Shown here: positions 60,504 through 64,000 of the stretch, piece after piece
Position numbering within the stretch: the stretch's first letter is position 1
Layout of the letters: each line of letters starts with the position of its first letter
Origin: Gonapodya sp. JEL0774
Taxonomy: Eukaryota
Direction of reading: 5' to 3'
DNA length: 64,000 nt
NCBI GenBank assembly: GCA_027604505.1
Contig: JADIIX010000029.1
Coordinates: 62,001 to 126,000, forward strand
Notes under the pieces: model-generated
The model's input: the letters and a program-made list of their open reading frames with translations, nothing else
The model's database searches: none
What the model was told of the DNA's origin: nothing
Made by a program: the position numbers and the translations under genes

Positions 60504-63500
60504 TCACCTCAAAATGTCAGCTTCCGCTCTCATCTTTGCATCTTGTTCCTCCATGCTATACAAGCGGTTGTAAAGCTCGTAGTACGCGCCTCTTTTCTGG
60601 ATGAGCTCGGCGTGCGTGCCGACCTCCACAACGTTGCCGTCCGGTCGCGTTTCCTTGCCGATGCCCGACATCACGACGATCTGCGCAAACAGCTCACCGT
60701 CAGTACATCATTCATCATCGACCACTCAACGCACGTAAGCAAATCTAATCTCACTTGGTCCGCGCCTTCGATCGTACTGAGCCGATGGGCGACGACGAGA
60801 ACCGTCCGCCCCTCCATGAGCTTGTCGAGTGCCTCTTGCACTTGTTTCTCGCTGTGTGCATCAAGGGCACTTGTTGCTTGTTTGCACAAAGAGGAAGCAA
60901 CATCCGTGGGGATTCCGTGGAATGAGTGGATGCTCTCAGCATGGCCGTATCGACGCGATGTGCACATGAGCTCGGCTCGTTCACTTACCCTCATCGAGTA
61001 TCAAAATTTTGGGGTTCTATTCGGTCCAAAAAGGTCGTGATTCATGATGGAATGACTCGAGCGCTCCCTCTGTGGTCTCGCGATCTCACCTTGAGTAACG
61101 CCCTCGCAATGGCGATCCTCTGCTTCTGTCCTCCACTCACGGTCACGCCCTTCTCGCCCACCTCGGTATTATATCCGTCAGGCCAGCTCGAGATAAAATC
61201 GTCTGCGTTCGCTTGCGTGGCTGCCCATCGGACTTCCTCCAGAGTAGCGTTGGGCTTCCCGTATCGAATGTTTTCAAACACGGACGTGGCGAACAGGACT
61301 GGGTTCTGGTCAATACTATAAAAGAGATACAAGGGCCACGGTGGATGAACATCAACCAAGGAAGGCGCAAACGCAATGGAAGCCACAAGTTACGGCAGGA
61401 TCTAGAACTTACTATCCGATTCGAGTTCTCAGCCATGTCGGATCCAGGGTATTCAAAGGCTTCCCATCCACCAACACCATCCCCGTTTGTGGTTCGTAGA
61501 AGCGCTCACAAAGCTGAGCAACGGTGCTCTTCCCGCTGTGACAAGGTTCCGTCATCGTAAAATTTGAAGTCAGACATTGTACACATCCACGCGATTACCA
61601 CCCCCCCCAAACACCAAAATCCACGATCATGGTCCCGCAACTCACCTCCCACTTTGCCCACAAAGCGCAATCACCTTCCCCTGCGGCATCTTCAAGTTCA
61701 CATGCTGGAGCACCACGTGCCTGGGTCTGGTGGGGTAGGCGAAGGACACGTTCCTGAGCTCGAGTTCGCCCATAAACTCGGCCTCGTCGATGGTGGCGCC
61801 GCCTTGGGTGGGAATCTTGGGACGGAGCTCGGTGTAGGCGAACACGCGGTGGGCTGCGGAGAAGGAACGGAGGGACTGGCTGAACAGGACGCCCGTCGTG
61901 GAGAGGGACCGTTGGGCGGTTTGGGTGGCGAGGAGGAACTGCATGAGCTACGGCACGTAAGGAAAAAAAAAGCACACGCGAGGTGTACAGATGATGTTGG
62001 CGATAACCCATGCAGCCACGGTACGTCGAACGACAAACCGTGACGTACCTCTCCCCCGCTCATCTCCCCCCCGGCGACCATCTGGCCCCCCCAGTACAAA
62101 ATGGCGAGCACCAAACCACCCAGCGTGGCGTTGGTCAGACCTTGAAACAGACCGATGTGGAACCCGAGGATCTGGTTCGCCCTAGAAGCGCGGAGGGACT
62201 TTTCGGAACCCCCCGCGACCGGAATAGGATGGTTCAACGAAACAAACCGGGCTCGAAGGAGTCAACCACAGAACAGAAAGAAAAGAACAGAAAACGGCCC
62301 CCCTCCGCCCCTCGCACCTCCACCCCCGCATCGCACCCACCTTCTCCTCAAACCTCTCCACCTCCCTCCCCTCGGCCCCGAACGCCCTGACAGTCCTCAC
62401 GTTCCCGATGACCTCCCCCGCCGTTCCGGCCACCTGAGCCTCGCACTCCTTTGCCACGGCGGACAAGTGTCTCAGGTACGCGCCGTACCTCGACAGACCC
62501 AGGTAGAGGAACGGTGTGAAGGAGAGGAGGCGGAGGCAGAGCGGGGGCGAGAGGAGGAGGAGGGTGCGGGTGGTGAGGAGGAGGGACAGGACGGATTTGA
62601 GGAGTTGGGTGAGGAGGAGTTTGAAGGTGTGCTAGAGACCAAGATAAGAAAGAAAGAAAAATATCGGGTTCGTGAGTAAGTGACGAGTCAGTGGCAACGT
62701 AGAAGTGTGTGGGGTCACCCGTCCATCCCCCGCCGCACTTCGTTCCGTACAGGGCCCCTTCCTTCCCTCACCTTGAACTCGCTCACATCGTCCGTCAACC
62801 TCCCGACCACTTCTCCGCCCATCCGCGCGTCGAAGAACGCCATGTCCTGTCTGCATCGCGAACCCGAGCCACCCCCACCCCACCCCACATGATGGTTTCG
62901 CGGTACGTTGACGTACGTTGATGTCGCACGGGGTCACAGGGCACAGAGGGTCACGAATAAAAATAAAAATGAAACAGTGTTCGCGGAGGGTTTCGATTCG
63001 GTGGGCTCTTGGTACCCCGGGATTGGCGCACACCACGAAACAAAACTCACCGCACCACACTGCCGTAAAGCCTGTTCCGCATCGTGGTAGCGACCCGTTC
63101 TCCGAGTCGGGACACAAGGGCGATGTCGAGGAAGGTGAGCAGGCCTGTTGGGGGGGCCGGGTGCGGACGGGGCGGGGGGACGGGGGACGGGATGATGAAC
63201 AAGACTGGGTGAACCACAAACATACGCACAGACCCACCACACGTCACCTCGCGGGGGAAAAATAATAGGGGGATGCGCAAATGCACCACCGGCCGATCAC
63301 GGGAAACGCACAGCATGGCTATGCCCGACACCGCGCACACCGCACTCATACTTTCATGTCCACCCCACCCATTGACCCATCAACCCACCGACCCACCAAC
63401 CCACTCAACCACTCAACCACTCACCTTGCGCTAAAAACAACCCTGCCAACTTCCCCGCCGCCCCCGCGATCTCGCCCCCGCCCCCGCCCCCCTTACCGGC

Positions 63501-64000
63501 GCCGACGCCCACCCCGAAACCGCGCACCAGATCGCTCGCCCTGCGGAGGAGGGCGGAAAGGGGGGCCGAGTCGGGTGCGGGTGCGGGTGCGGGTGGGATT
63601 ACTGTAGGTGGGGAGGTGGAGAGGGAGGTTTGCACTGCGGTGACCAGGGCGCCGGTGGCGGCGGGCGTGGCGGTGGAGACGAGGGAGAGGGCGAGGGTGA
63701 CGGTGAGGACCTAAAGGGGGTTTCGATTGGGTGGGGTTGTTGGGGCGGTTTGGTGGGTTCGGCGCGGCGCGGGTTGTATGTTCGTCGGTTCGATCACGCA
63801 TCGGCCCTACCCGCCACCCGCCACCCCCCACCACACCAAACTCACCGCCACCACCAACCCCCACTCCTCCGCGACCATTTCGCCCACCCTGTTGGCAACC
63901 AACCACGCCCTGCCGCCCGCCACCCGATCCGCCTCTTCCAGCTCCTTTTGCTCTTCCACAGCCACCGACGGGTCCCGGGCGGGCGGGGAAGGGGAAGGGG
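60504..64000 (-). CDS. ABCB half-transporter, mitochondrial MDL1/ABCB8/ABCB10-like; 5' part outside the window
   Basis: TMD motifs: [14 protein letters not shown]...QDMAFFD...[32 protein letters not shown] motifs: [14 protein letters not shown], start of Walker [26 protein letters not shown], signature [17 protein letters not shown], Walker [31 protein letters not shown]...YYEL; stop at 60504. Confidence 0.95.

Noticed and set aside
1..64000. CRISPR arrays, tRNA/rRNA genes, transposases or reverse transcriptases
   Set aside because: No regularly spaced direct repeats, cloverleaf/rRNA signatures or DDE/RT motifs were seen by eye; a covariance-model scan would be needed to exclude small ncRNAs.

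Overview
This is an intron-rich, gene-dense eukaryotic window (GT-AG introns of about 50-250 nt). Gene content and composition suggest an early-diverging, probably zoosporic fungus (inference only). Recognisable genes are: a 3'-partial P4-ATPase flippase, a Sec7+PH Arf-GEF, a mitochondrial family-I CoA-transferase, an EI24/Rrt8-like membrane protein, a Zn-MDR dehydrogenase, an AKAP7-like 2H phosphoesterase, a secreted IMPa/M60-like metallopeptidase, a Ded1/DDX3/Vasa-type DEAD-box helicase with GW/WG-rich termini, a membrane-anchored USP deubiquitinase, SNF5, and a 5'-partial mitochondrial-type ABCB half-transporter. The main unexplained structure is a family of six paralogous multi-exon genes (A-F). 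Each has an N-terminal PB1-like domain, a divergent low-complexity linker and a conserved ~170-aa C-terminal domain that I do not recognise; intron positions are shared. No RNA genes, CRISPR arrays or recognisable mobile elements were seen. Exon boundaries were read by eye and gene ends are approximate where stated.
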